From the NCBI GenBank assembly GCA_905331295.1, contig CAJNYD010000237.1:1-54385 (forward strand): DNA of 54,385 bases, written 5' to 3'. Shown one piece after another: positions 24,968 to 38,466 of the stretch. A model generated the notes under the pieces. It made no database searches. It was not told where the DNA came from and worked only from the letters and a program-made list of their open reading frames with translations. Made by a program: the position numbers and the translations under genes. This stretch comes from Rotaria socialis (lineage: Eukaryota). Within the stretch, counting starts at the first letter, position 1, and each line of letters starts with the position of its first letter.

Positions 24968-25883
24968 GGCCGGTTATTTTTTAATCGAACACTCAATCTG
25001 AAAGTAGCAAGTTATAGAGGAGAAATGGAGAGGGAGAAAAATGTAGAAAAGACAAACAACAACGAAATGTAAACGAAAAATGAATGTGCAGCACTATGAC
25101 TTGATGTTGAATTTCTTTCATAGAAAAGATTCCATTAAAAAAAGAAGAGGAAAGCGAAGGAAGAAAAACCATGACAGTCAATGTTGCTATTCGAGATATG
25201 TAAATCAACCTACGTTATGTGAAAGAGGACGCCATTGTGCAATCAAACAGAAATGCTATCATAAAAAGGTCCTTATTACAAAAAGGAAAAGAAGAAACTT
25301 GAATACGTCACTACGTGTTGAGTATACAAAAGATTATTCTCGTGAAACAAGTGTCAATTATAAGAATCACACGTGTAGACTTTTGCTATTCATTTGCGAT
25401 ATACACGACAAATAGAGAAAAACAAAATTTATCTTATCAATATTTTTACATAGCAACACAAATGAAGTCGTATCGAAAAGAATTCAAGATTGATAATTAC
25501 ATATGTTTGAAATCTGAAGCTTGTCCTTCTTATCGAAGACTGGCGATAGAGAAGAATCAGATTGTTTTTCTATTCGATTTATGACTTTTCATCGATATAA
25601 GACTCAAATCTCTTTTTGTTCTGCGAATAGAATTTTGCAAATGATGAGGAATAAATAAAAAAAAACGTTTATCACTGTCTCTCGTAGCAATCGAAATCTA
25701 TAGAGAAAGAATCATTGGAAGAAAATGATTATACTTTGAGTGCACTATGCGTACGTGCGTGGGTAAAGTTATACGTGAGAATAAAAGAACGGAAAAAAAT
25801 AGCTGGCGTTTTGCTTGAATGATTCCACGTGAAAAATGCTCTTACTAACATTTTCATAATATTACGAAAGAATCTTTTTTATC

Positions 25884-26232
25884 ATGTCAAGTGCTGCATC
25901 GTCTAATATTGTATGTAGTTTGCTCTTTATAACAATACAAAGAACTTCAATAACTGCAATAGTTTTTTGTTTGAACTTAGAATGCAGCTATACGAACACG
26001 TCGATCGAATAAGCAGCATCGCCGTCGCAATGAATTATCCTATGTGATTAGTCATCCAACAAGTGCTAACATTTTGTCTTATTCGAAATATTTCTTTTTT
26101 AAATCAACATTTGGTCGTCTTGCATTACTTTTTCTGTTCATCGCCGCATTTCATGCGTACATATTGTGTTATATTCTCTGGCCAAAATTAATCACTTGGC
26201 TGCACAATTCAACATCAATAGAAGAGCTTTAA
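25884..26232 (+). CDS. Small (92 aa) single-pass membrane protein
   Basis: Exon 25884-25910, GTATGT...TTAG intron 25911-25980, exon 25981-26232, all in frame. Basic N-terminus (RTRRSNKQHRRR), one hydrophobic helix (LALLFLFIAAFHAYILCYILW), ends IEEL. Confidence 0.65.
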
Positions 26233-27042
26233 TTAGGTATTTTTTATAAAGAAAAAAAAAAGCGTTGGATTATCAACACATCAGTGATGACATTTAAATA
26301 AAATGTTAAAGATCGAAACCAATTCGTCGTTTGCTTTTAAGTACATCTGACGAATCAAAGGATAAATAAATATTTATCAACGCATTGAGTTTATATCGAT
26401 AGAAAAATTTTGCAGTACATCATACGATTTAAGTAAGACGACATTCGATTATTGTACGTATCAATAGCTTTAACATAATGAACAATAAGCAAATAAAAGA
26501 CAATGACTACATGATGAATTCACCCTAGTTACGGAGTATATTCCTTTCGATTTATATATATATATATCATTTAACTCCAGCAGAAAATATTGATAAATTT
26601 TTCAGCCTTTTCTTTATTGTCAATCATAAACTTTCCCAGATCATTTCAATTTCTACGAACAACAAGACTGATGAAAAACAAACGAACAGTGAAAATATTT
26701 GTTTCCGACGGTAGTTCTGATAAGGGAATGCTGTTAATCACAAAAAAATGAAATAATCGTCAAAAACAAACACAAGAAAAAAACGAGAGGATGTTACGTT
26801 CTTAAAAAATTGACACATATATATATATATATATATATTATGTTATTATACATATATATTAGGAAAAAAATAACGTACATCTAGAAATGCTTTCTAAAGC
26901 AATTGTACAATGTTTATGCACTGGTTTGTGTTTGATAGGAGTGAGACACAATACAAGTTTGAAACTGAAGAACAAAAAAAAGCGAACTCAATGAATGTGT
27001 TTCGATAAAAAATAGGATAAAATTCAACAGGTACGATCCACA

Positions 27043-30000
27043 TTACTGTTGTGAATGCCACGTTGAATTATTATGTGTACGTTGTTGTTGTTGTTGGTGA
27101 TGGTAATGATTTCTATTGCTATGAATAGCATACGAAGCACCATTTCGATTATCCTTTATGCGTAGGAAGAAAAAAAAAAGAGTAAATCTCTTTCTTTATT
27201 TCTATTCATAATACTTACACGATTATCGACTGAAGAATAATTCATATTTCGATCATGATGCGAAGTATAATAAGTTGGCACTGTGTATAAAACCGGATTG
27301 AAGTATAAAGTTGTTGCCGGACTAGCTGCTGTCAATGAAGCACCCTGAGAGAATGAAGCTGCAGTTGCCGATAGTTTACTTGTTATAGGAGTATCTTTTG
27401 TTGTTTGAGATGAATTTGATGAATCACTATTTAGTATTCGACTTTGTCCATAATGAGCAAAAAAATCTTTTTCATTTGAAGATCGATCTAACAATAAGAC
27501 AAAAGCGTAACGCAAAAAACAAAAATTTGTTAAATAACAAATACCATATCTATTGGATTGAATAGTAGCAGGATGATATGATTGCTGGGTAGGATACGAT
27601 TGCATATAATCTAATATTAGCAAAATAAAGTGTTTCGATAATTTTAGCCAATACTGTTATCTTACTAGCTGCTGTCGGATATGTTGAATAAGGTTCAAGA
27701 CTAGCTGTGGACCAAGAATCAACGGGCGTTAAATATGGATAAAGCTAAATTAAAATTATACTATTCGTAGTTTGTCGATAAAGTGTAAAATCCCTGACAA
27801 TGGAGGTGTTTGTATTGTAAGTTGAAAAGATTAGATATTTTTACATCAGAAGAAAGCTTTCACCGCCAAACTAACAAGATTAAAATATTAGCTCCCCTTG
27901 GCTTGTCTAGAGGGAGATATTCGATTTTTCAGTGAATTTTCTCTATAGGACCGACTTGCCCAGCAATATCATATTTTCAAATTTGGACCTGAATCTTTGT
28001 ATGCATGAAGGTTTCAATGAGACTAGCTACAGAAAAAAAAATCGGAAGTTTTGAACAAACTCTCTTCGAGATATAGATGTCTCAAGCATACAGCTTCTAT
28101 AGAAAATCGTCAATATTTTGAGAGATTCATATCTCGAAGAGTTTGTTCAAAACTTCTGATTTATTTTCTGTAAGCTAGTCTCATTGAGACCTTCATGCAT
28201 ACAAAGTTTCAGGTCCAAATTCGAAAATATGATATTGCTGGGAAAGCCGGTCCTGTAGAGAAAATTCACTGAAAAATCGAATATCTCCCACTAAAAGAGT
28301 CAAGCAAAGCTAATATTGTAACCGTGCTAGTTTGGCGGTGAGAGCTATCTTTTGATGTAAAAATATCTAATCTTTTCAACTTACAATGCAAACACCTCCA
28401 TTGTAAGGGTAATCTGTCGAACGTTACTTACTGGTGTTTGAACATAAGGATAAGCTTCGACGAAATATTGTTGTTGGTGTTGCATAGGATACGATGCTTG
28501 TTGGGGATAATTTCCTTGTTGCATGAGTGTTGCTTTTGCAGCTGCTTTATAATTAGCTTGTTGTTGTCGATTCCATGGTGTTTGAGAATAATCTCTTTGT
28601 ATTGATCTAAAAAGAGCAAAAAGACTCCTAAAATAACTCGAAATCAAAAAAAAGAATCAATTACGAATAAGTGCCAGCTGTATTGTAGGGTGTAAAAGCA
28701 GATTGACTACTACCGGAAACAGTACTAGCGTTGGATAAAGGTAATTGAAAATTATTCGGTACACATGTACTAGTAGTTTGAGACGTGTGCGAAGAATATT
28801 CTAAAGTGTTTGTTGTTGATATTGGCGGTAATTGTGTTGTACCGGTAAAAGATGTAGTTATTTCTAAAGGTGCTTGTTGTTGTAATGAATCAGTTAATTG
28901 ATCAGACAAATGAGAAGTTCGTTGCGAAGATAAACTCGTTGAGCTACGTGCCTGCAAAAGAGAAAATTTATTAAAATCGAATTAATAATGCTAATAATTA
29001 CTATAGTATTGTTTGCTAATGATAATGATGATGATGATATCGAACATGATGAAAGTCGATTGGTAGTTTCAATTAAATTATCTTGAGCCCTAAAAAGAAA
29101 TTATTGATAACAACTGCCCGTATTACTCAGATCTTCAAGGGATCGTTCTTAGCACGTTTCATATGGGATTAAAAATGCAAAACACAATTAAACTACTCTT
29201 AAATCAAGGGAATATCTGTCTACATTTATCTAGATAAGAGATGTGCAGCGACTAGGTTTGTTTGACCACGGTAATTTTGACCTACTGCACTGTACTCGAG
29301 AGTCTCACGAACATTTGTAACTACTGGGAAAAACATGCTTTGTTGACTTACTCAATTTGTTGTTCGTCATCATTCGTGTGTATTACAGATGGCGACTTTT
29401 GATCGTCTAATGACTCAGCAAGAATTGAACTATCGGACGGAGAAACTGCGATTGGTACGGAATCATTCCATTGAACATCACCAAATTGAATATCTATTGG
29501 TCTTGTTGGACACTTTAGTATCGAATGCATTGATACAGGCTCCTGAGGAATGGATGATGGTATTGGGCGTTTTGTCGATAACGGCAATGAAGACTTTTTA
29601 TGACTATTATCAAATTTCAATGTTGGTGTAGTACCATCAATAAATTCAAATTGATCAGTTGAGACCGATGCTATTGGTGGCGGTATACTGTCGTCTTTCG
29701 TTTTTGATACTGATGTTGTTTTATTATTAGCGTTTTGTTGTTTTGTCTCATTAGTGTTTGGATAATTACGATATGAATGATATGGAATATGCTGGTTTCG
29801 ACCGGTAGCATTTCCTTAAAGAAAAAAAAATCATTATGTGAACTTGTTAACAAAGATTAATTTACCGCGTCGTGCAGGATATCCACGTAATGCTAATGAG
29901 TATCGATAATGATCTTGTCGACGTCTTCGCCTACCACTGTCACGTAATGATGGCGCAGGGGATGTATGCTGAGAGGGAGAATGTTCACTATCACTTTGTG

Positions 30001-30395
30001 CACTACCGTTTAACGTTTGATCAACGTGACTGTTATTAATAGTTTTCTTTTTATTATTTGATTTCGCTGTTTGCCAGCCACCATCCTACAAAATAATTAA
30101 ATTGGTAAAGAAAAAAACACTTTATTTTTTTTTGTACCTCAAAATCGCCCGCTTTTATTCGTGCGATTGTATTTTGTATATTATAATCACATTCATGAAA
30201 GACAACAGCAATGACATCAAGATTAATGTTTTCACAGGCGTCTCGGATCTACAAAAATAAAATGGCCGGATGATGCAAAAAAAGGTCACGTAAATAAACA
30301 ATTATATTTACAAGTAATATCTGTTTCTGAATAGCCGCATCATCGAATTTTTCTGGACGTAATCGAGCAAGAGGTATTTGATCGATATTATGCAT
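27043..30395 (-). CDS. lig: Lingerer / UBAP2 / UBAP2L-like stress-granule protein
   Basis: About 11 exons. N-terminal QIPLARL...UBA-like DVIAVVFHECDYNIQNTIARI followed by WQTAKSNNKKK (compare UBAP2L IALHDC..V..AI...WEMVGKKK). Central IPQEPVSM...IDIQFGD resembles the DUF3697 QFG motif. S/T/Q/Y/P-rich C-terminal half with a subterminal Trp (NNSTWHSQQ*). Confidence 0.75.
27792..28409. mobile_element. ~620-bp foldback/palindromic MITE inside a Lingerer intron
   Basis: Arms of ~290 nt are reverse complements along their length (CCCTGACAATGGAGGTGTTTG... / ...CAAACACCTCCATTGTAAGGG). CCC...GGG termini, flanks AAAT/TAAT, short central spacer. Lies within intron 28431-27745. Confidence 0.9.
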
Positions 30396-31298
30396 TGTTG
30401 ATGGCTGAAAATAATCAATTGTTAATGTTTGATTTGAAAAAAGAATAGTTGAAACAAAATATGTAACTGCATAAAAAATTAAAAAGAATTATTTGCGGCA
30501 ACCTTTTATTTCTCAATGTCTGAAATGAATCATTATGTTAGTAATGAGTCACGGGATTTATTTGAAGCATTTAGCTCGAACAATTATTTTAGGCATGAAG
30601 AAACAAACTAAAGAGCAAAAGTCGTATCATGGTTTTCACAATCATGTTATTCGCGGAAACATGTTTTCTACATGAAAGCAACTTCGTTTCTCTTAGAAGA
30701 AAAGTGTTTTTTTTAAATATAAATGAACGCCGAAATGACTTACATCAGATCGATTCGTGTTCTTTTCTTTGTTTAACTTCGATGAAAGACTGGCCGTATT
30801 TAACTGAATAATAATAAATATGTTAAATTCTCAAATATTTTCATTGTAAAAACGTCATAGTTTAATCTCCAAAGAAAAAAAGAAAGCAATCAATATTCAT
30901 AAATAGTAATTTTTTAATTTAATTTTTAACGTAAAATCTGTATTAGTTTCATCACGAGGGGAAAAAAACAGAACGACATTTCAAGGAATAGGAATAACAA
31001 GAGTTTTTTTCATCCAAAAAAATGCATCAACGATGAAATCCATGAATAATCTATGGATGACCAATAGAATAATGTTAAAACATTAATGCAGTTTTTCTTT
31101 TCAAAACTGAAATTTTCTAAATGGTAAAAGGTAATGAAACAATAAAAATGATTCTGGCATTCAGCCAAACAATATATGTTTGAAAATTCAAGACGGACGA
31201 CGACGACACGATAATGATCGAATGAATTTTATTATTATAATTTTTTTCTCAGTTTTAGATCGAATCTACTTCATTATTCTTAAGTGTATTTTATTTCC

Positions 31299-32604
31299 AT
31301 GGATATCAATCACACGACCGGCAATAAAATGCCGAGTCAAGAACATTTAAGTTTTATAAATAAATTAAATGATTCGAAAATTCCACGACAAAGTCAATTA
31401 ATTGTCAATCGTTTATTTATGAAAAATTTTCCTCGCGAAGTAAATTTCGTCAATGGAAAGATTCCAATTATATTCTTTTTTCGTTTATTAGACAACTGGT
31501 GCTGAAATCGAACAATGTTTTCAAACATTTGGTCCTGTACATGATGTGAAAATAATTGCAAAAGAAAATACGTAAGCATTTTCTCTAACGAAGAAAGTTT
31601 TTTTCCAAAAAATAATTTATTGATTTTGTTTTCTTCTAGACATTTTGCATTTATTTCATTCGTCAATGATAATACGGCATTGGATGTCTTACGGCAACAT
31701 GCTATTGTGCCTATTACGTTTCAAAATCATCAGATTATATTAGCACCGGCATATAAAAAAATTAGTATTCCTTCAGCAATAAGTAAGAAGAAATGTCATC
31801 GAATCAAAAAAGCTCTTTACGAGCATCCCGGAGAATAACTATTCTTTCATTGAGAAAAGGCGAAAGTGACATCTCGAGACTTACAACCGCCAAAAAACAT
31901 GACCTCTACTGATTCTTTTTTTATTTGAGCACGGGAATCCGGTCATATTTTCTATAGTAAAATTTGAATTACAATCTTCAGCATTGATTAGCACATTTTA
32001 TTTTCTAGGTCCTTCATCATATTATTCTCCTCATGGCTCAACAATGACACCACCATCAACACCATCCCGAGTAGCCATGAATGGAATGTCTCACCAACCA
32101 TCGACACCCTACCATCACCACCAACAACAACCGCAAATGTCAACTCCGCAAGCCGTCTATCCACCTATATACTTTCCTGTTCAAGCAAATGTAAGTTTTC
32201 ACTTTCGTACTTCGGTTCTATAAAAATGACATTTTCATTTTAGATGCCGTATCTTCCGATGACCGGTACTTATTTAGTACCTCAAGGCGGGCCACCACAG
32301 GTAGTTTAATTACAATGAATAACTTCTGATTTTGGTTTTTGGAATTATTTCTTTTAGCAATTACAACCATCATTCTATCCAACGTTTTATTCACATGGTG
32401 GCACTCATCAAGCCGCTGGACAATTATTCAATGGAGTAAGTCGTATTTTTTTTCTCATGGGAAGTTATTGAAAAATTTTGCTTCTTATTCTAGCAAACAT
32501 ATATTCAATCTCCATATATGTATTCCATGAGTCTACCTGCAATGCAAGGACAATATCAACTAACAACATCAGCCAATGATGTATCTATGACAAGCGAATA
32601 TTGA
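31299..32604 (+). CDS. Single-RRM RNA-binding protein, divergent Boule/DAZ-like
   Basis: Exons 31299-31439, 31492-31571, 31640-31782, 32009-32190, 32244-32300, 32358-32435, 32494-32604. RRM LIVNRLFMKNF...FGPVHDVKII...FAFISF...LAPAYKK recalls Boule (IPNRIFVGG...VKI...GFVTF...PAIRK). P/Q/Y-rich tail. Confidence 0.7.
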
Positions 32605-35600
32605 TTTGATAGTATTTTTTTTCCGGCCTCGATTTATATAAAAAAAAACGCCTTCCTACAATTCTTTCTTCTAGTATTTTTTTGCTCAGATCTCTTCTAT
32701 TAACGAATGTCTCTAGAGAGAAAAACAACCTCTAAGTCGCTCTTGTGCTCTTCTACCAGTGTGTGTGTGTGCGTGCGTGTTTCTGCTTTACTTTCATTTG
32801 TTTGTTTTTCTTTGAGAGTTTGTGTGTCTATTGTTGGTGCTTCTCTTGCCGGTGTATTATCAAAAGGCATAATGTGAAACTTGTTCGTTTGACTATCTGT
32901 GTATACAGCGTGATGTCTTTCTTTATCATCTATTTTTTCCGTATCACGCTCTTCTTCCACGTCAGATAGTTCATACTCAAGAAAACTGATCCGGTTACTT
33001 CTTTTTTTCTGTCAGATATAAACATGCGATGCCATGATTTTCTCTTTTACTTTCATCTTCTATACCGTCGTCTGTAATAAAGATACAAAAGCGTAAATAT
33101 TACTTGCTCAATTATTGATTATCATAAAAGCGAAACAGAAAAAGAACGGAGAAAGGCTTTTTTTCTAATATGAACCATCAGTGAAGTGCAGACAGTGCAC
33201 CATCATAATATAAAAATAGACATGATGGTTGAGTAGAAAACTATATTCAATGTTGCGTGCATGTCGTTGAAATTGCTATTTTACAAGCATGATCGGTTCG
33301 AACACCGTCTAATCCGGTGACCCAGATATTTATCAAAGAAAAGATTCTCAAAGTTTTGCATTACATAGCAATGCATGCATATATTTATTCTAGATCGATG
33401 TATTGATCAGTCGTATATGTGTAGATTATGATTTCACTTATTGGTAAGTCACCATAGCAATGAACAGGATCAAACAGAATTTCATGTACTTTCTAAATAA
33501 ATATATACGAGCTGAGTAAACATTTTATTCTGACTTTTTTTTTTATCGACGAGACTTTCATCATAAAAATGTCTTAATCGATAAAAGTTTGTTTTCTTTA
33601 AGATGTTTTTGCCTGCGAGCGTTGTATTCCGTTTAAAAAAAGGCGCACCGTCATTTGTGTGCATTAACAAAAGGTTTATTTTAACAGTAAAAAAATAGAA
33701 GCTCGTCTGAAGTCCTCAAGTTAAAAAGTAATTGCGCTGTCGATAAACCAGACTGTTCTCTCATTAAACAGTAAGATAAGATTGCGTCGAAAATTCTCCT
33801 TCATACATAGATTATCTATAGAAAAAAACATGTTTGTTTTTATTTCTAACCCACATCTTTACATATTTATTTACTCGACATCAGCCAAAATTTTTTGCCC
33901 AGTGGTTCCTTTTTTTGCGTTCTAATAAAAAAACAAAACACATAGTGAAGTGTTAACTATTTTATTCCTTCCACTTCATCATCGTTATTACATCACTGTC
34001 TAGACGACGTCAGAGTGGCAACAACAGAGACGACGGTTAGTTACATGCTTTTATTTAGTCTATCGGACAAGATATATATATATATATAGCTATATGTATG
34101 CATACTAAGTCAACGAATTAATAATGAAAGAACAAGTAAGAGCAACTTTACAATATAGATATTTAATAGAATAGTTTCCTGTGCATCGTTACAAAGAAAC
34201 ATTTTCTATGTGAACTCTATAGTTCAAATTAGACTTTATCTTCATTTTTCAAACCTGGAATCCGCATGACAACTTCTCTGAGAGTATACGCAGTTATATA
34301 TGATAGAGGACAAAAAAAAAGAACTCGAGTGTCATGCAATTAAGTAAGACTATTTATAGTCGGTTTTGATGATGACAAGTAAAATGGCCTTGACGAGAGC
34401 ATATATTAAGAGAGAGAAAACGGACGATGAAGAAAAATTTCAACACGATTGTTGTGCGTTTTCTAGTACCATTTAATTTTTATATAAATTTCTGCATGAT
34501 ATAATCTATGAACTGACAGCATTACTTTTTAATTCTATTTTTCACGTGAGTGAAAATGCTTTTTCTCTTACTGCTTCGTTTCTCGAAATATTTATTCAGC
34601 AGAGTACTATGCGTGTGAGACAAGAAAACTAATTTCCTGTAGACAGTAAAATTATAGTTGAGTAGTAAATTTTTTTCTCCCTACGCAGGTCTTTTACCGT
34701 TATAAGAAGGCTAGCTATAGAAATTCTAAATAGTTATATTCTAAACAGTTCTCTGACGTTTTGTTTTTGAATTAAGTGAAATATCCAGTATATAATTGAA
34801 TCAATCTGAAGATTAACGACTGTATTCATAAATGTACTGTTTATCTCTCGTTAGTTTTTATCGAAGTCCAGCAGACTAATCAACTCATAATTTCTTTTCT
34901 TTTCCTTCTTCATCACGAAGAACAATATGGTAAAACAGCACTTCTGCAACGGTTTATTTTTGTGCTTCTACCAGGCCGAAGAGAAAATCATCGCTGTGTT
35001 TAGAGGAACGTCGTGACCTAAATCTCGCCTACTTTTAAGTAATCAGTAGTGAACATGTTTTTGTCGAGACTGTGATCAATATCAATAAATATTGTTTTCT
35101 TTCGAAAATGAAACTTCGTCAGATGTAAATTGTTTTTTTTCTTATGTCTTCAAAAAAAAAACACTATGCCGAGACAAACTACATTTTTTTAACCTGATTT
35201 ATCTCGATTACTATATAGGCCATGACATGGATAAAAATAGATCATCATTATGTTAATAGCTTATAGAATATAGGAAGCACAAAAAAAATTTCATGATTGA
35301 AATTATTTCTAGCTCGCGTTCTATATATAGAAATCATTAATTCTCGCATTTAGAGTAAGAAATTTTTTAGAAACATTCGATGATGCCGTTAAAGAATTAA
35401 AATAGTTTTTTTTCGTCCTGTCGTGCAAAACGAATGAATACTATTAATGATTAAAAACCTTCATTATTTTTACTCTCAAGTTAAAGACTCGATTGCATGC
35501 CGTTATTTTTTTGTTGTGTTTTTATCAATAATTAGTTAACGAAATTGATTATAGGTATTGTCTAGTGTACTGTTGATAACGGTCACTGACATGACGAGAC

Positions 35601-36996
35601 GCACTTAGCAGAGTGCTTCGCATGAAAGAAAGATGATGATGATCAGACATTATATCATCGTAGACAGACGTCGTAACAGTGAAACGAGAACAAGAAAGAA
35701 AAAAAGAATCAGACACACAGAACATAAAGAAAAAGTAGCGACAAGATTGGACTGAGTATAGGAGAAATAGAGCGAAGAAAAGTATTTAAAAAAGTGCGTC
35801 TGTCTCTCAATGCTGCCAATTTCCTTCTATTTTTGTCATTGTGTGTCTCGTCCTGTATGCCACTGCTTGTAGTCACTCGGCTAGTTCATTATTAAAGTTG
35901 CAGACAACTCGTTCGTACATTTATTTGAGTAGACAATATAACGACTTCTTTCACAACATATAATTAAACTTTTTCTGTTTTTCATTAGATAATACTTGAA
36001 CGAAACGAAATAGTTCATTGAGTACAGAACGTTTTTTCTCTCATTTCTTCCTTAATGATAATCATTATTGATAATAGGCTAAAATTATTAAAAAAAAGCC
36101 TAGTTTATACTTAAAAATGATTTTATATATCATAATTTTGTTGAAAGAATAAAAAACTGTTAGCGCAATCCACGCGATATTAAAATGTGACACACGATGA
36201 AACCCTTTTTCTGGAATCCGTCTATCGCGGTCAGTGATAGTCTGCGAAGCTTCTCTGTTACGGTCTTTATTATGATGTACAGAGTCTCTAGAAACCATCA
36301 TAGACTGTTATAGGGAAAATAATTAATTAATTTCTCTGTAACGATCTGTGGGGGAAGAGGGGAATGGGTCCTAATTTCTACCCTATATCCTTCCACACTC
36401 CTTTCAGATCGTGTTTTACAAAAAGATGAAAGAATCATGGTACGTATTCATTTAAGTAGCTGACAGGTGAGGATGAGCATCGTCTACTAATTAGTATTTT
36501 TTTCAAATCCCTGTACTCTTCTTCACCAGGGTTTCTCATTGATAAACATCATTTTTTTTTGAAATATACAATCAAAATGAAAATATATTTACGTTTGTTG
36601 TATGCATAAGACTAAATATAGAAATATTTACCAGATGTGGGTATGACTAATTTCAGTCTTGAAGCAGATAATTATTAGTATGGCGTTGCCCATGTTATAA
36701 TTGCAAGCATATATTCTTATTTTCTGTTTGTTAAAGCAACCTAGTTATTATTATTTTTGCTTCTGACTGTTATATATATATATATATACTTAAAAGTTCG
36801 TCATATTCCTTTTTAGATTATTGATGTTTATGTTTGAGCATCTGAATCATTTTTCTCTCCTTATTTTTTTTTAATAAATTTAAAAGCAAAAAAATTATAA
36901 TCATAATAATTTATTTGTAAACTGGTTGATGTTTAATCGCCTTGCAAGAAAGATTTCTTGTTCATTGTTGGCGTTGCTGTTGATTGTGTCATCGTG

Positions 36997-38466
36997 ATGA
37001 CGTCCATTGGAACATCGCTCGTCAAATATCGATTATCTAGAACCATAAAAATCAAATCAACACTACAGCAAAAACACATTATTCTACGTCATCGTCATCG
37101 GATAAATTTACTTGAATGTAAGTAATAAACGTATAGACATATTTACATCAGTAAAGTTATATTGTTTGTCGCTCAATATGCGTTTAATATTGAATATAGA
37201 TAAAATTTCAATGGATTAGTAATAATTGCGATACTGTTTCTTCGTTCTTTTACGTAAAACAGAAGAAATTTAATAAATATTGACTAACGAATTGTGCACA
37301 TTAACATCGATGGCGAACGATGTATTTTTGTTTTTTAAACTTTGTGATATTGTTGTGTCTGTCTGAGTGCACGTTTTGATAGAATTAAAGTTGCTAATAT
37401 ATTCGTAATTGTTAAAATTATTAGAAAACATTAGGCAAATTATGATTAAGTCTATTTTCGTTTATCTATTGAGCATGAAAACATTCTCTGTAGTATGGAA
37501 TGAAAATAGGCAGGGAAAGAAAATATCAAAGTATAAATAGAACATCAGACTGAGCACGTTATAGAAGCTTGATGTTTAATAGACAAGAGTAGAATTCTTT
37601 AGTTTTTGTGTCTTAATATTAATGAATTAATTTTTTAAATGGAGAATAGTCCTTCTAATTAAATATTTTTGCGTCACGGCCACGAATAAATACTTGAAAC
37701 ATGTCATCTTTTACACGCATAAGGAAAGTATAATCTAATTTCAAAAACAAACTCATAACATTTTATCAAGACTCAATGTTATGTTAGCATTCGAAACGGT
37801 AAAAGCAAGAATAATTCTTTTAATTTCTATTTAGTTCTTCGAAAAAATAATCATCAATATATCCTTGCTAATAATAGTACAATGTCGAAAGCCTTCATAG
37901 ATGAACTTGATCATAAAATGCAACAAGTTCGTGAATACGCACTCATTGCCCATGGTTACCGTAATGAGAATATGCAATATCCTGTTCATGTTCGTCGTAG
38001 TCATGATGGAGAAAAACTATCGCGAACACCATCACAACTTTCAAAATCCAATCGTGATCATAGAAAAAATCCGCCGCCAACTACAACTATATTAGCTCCA
38101 TCGTCGCATGAAAATTTGACTAAAATAAAACAAGATGAAACAGTGACAAGACATTTATCGTATGATGAACGTCATGCCGTATCGGTTGCGCCACCCAATA
38201 AAACTATTAATGATATCGATCCATCATTAAATCATGATAAACTTCATAAAAATAAAAAATCTTCATTGCCACCAAATGATGCATCTACAGTTTATTGTTC
38301 GTCAAGACCCCATTCAATTGCAGCTATATCCCTATCGTCAACATATGATCAACAAGTCAATTCGCTATTGAATTCAACCCAAACATTGATTAGCCAGCCG
38401 ACGCCAACAAAAACATTGACACAGAGACTTTTTTCTAAATTTTTCAATGCGCCATCAAAGTCTTGA
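36997..38466 (+). CDS. Hypothetical ~250-aa protein, largely low-complexity
   Basis: Exon 36997-37117 (GTAAGT donor, phase 1) joins exon 37835-38466 in frame with the 194-aa ORF. Contains an RPHSIA motif. Family not recognised. Confidence 0.65.

Noticed and set aside
32700..32969. Overlapping ORFs downstream of the Boule-like gene
   Set aside because: They derive from a U/GU-rich 3'UTR with a (GT)n repeat.
33294..33325. GGTTCGAAC resembling a tRNA T-loop/B-box
   Set aside because: No cloverleaf, D-arm or acceptor stem can be built around it.
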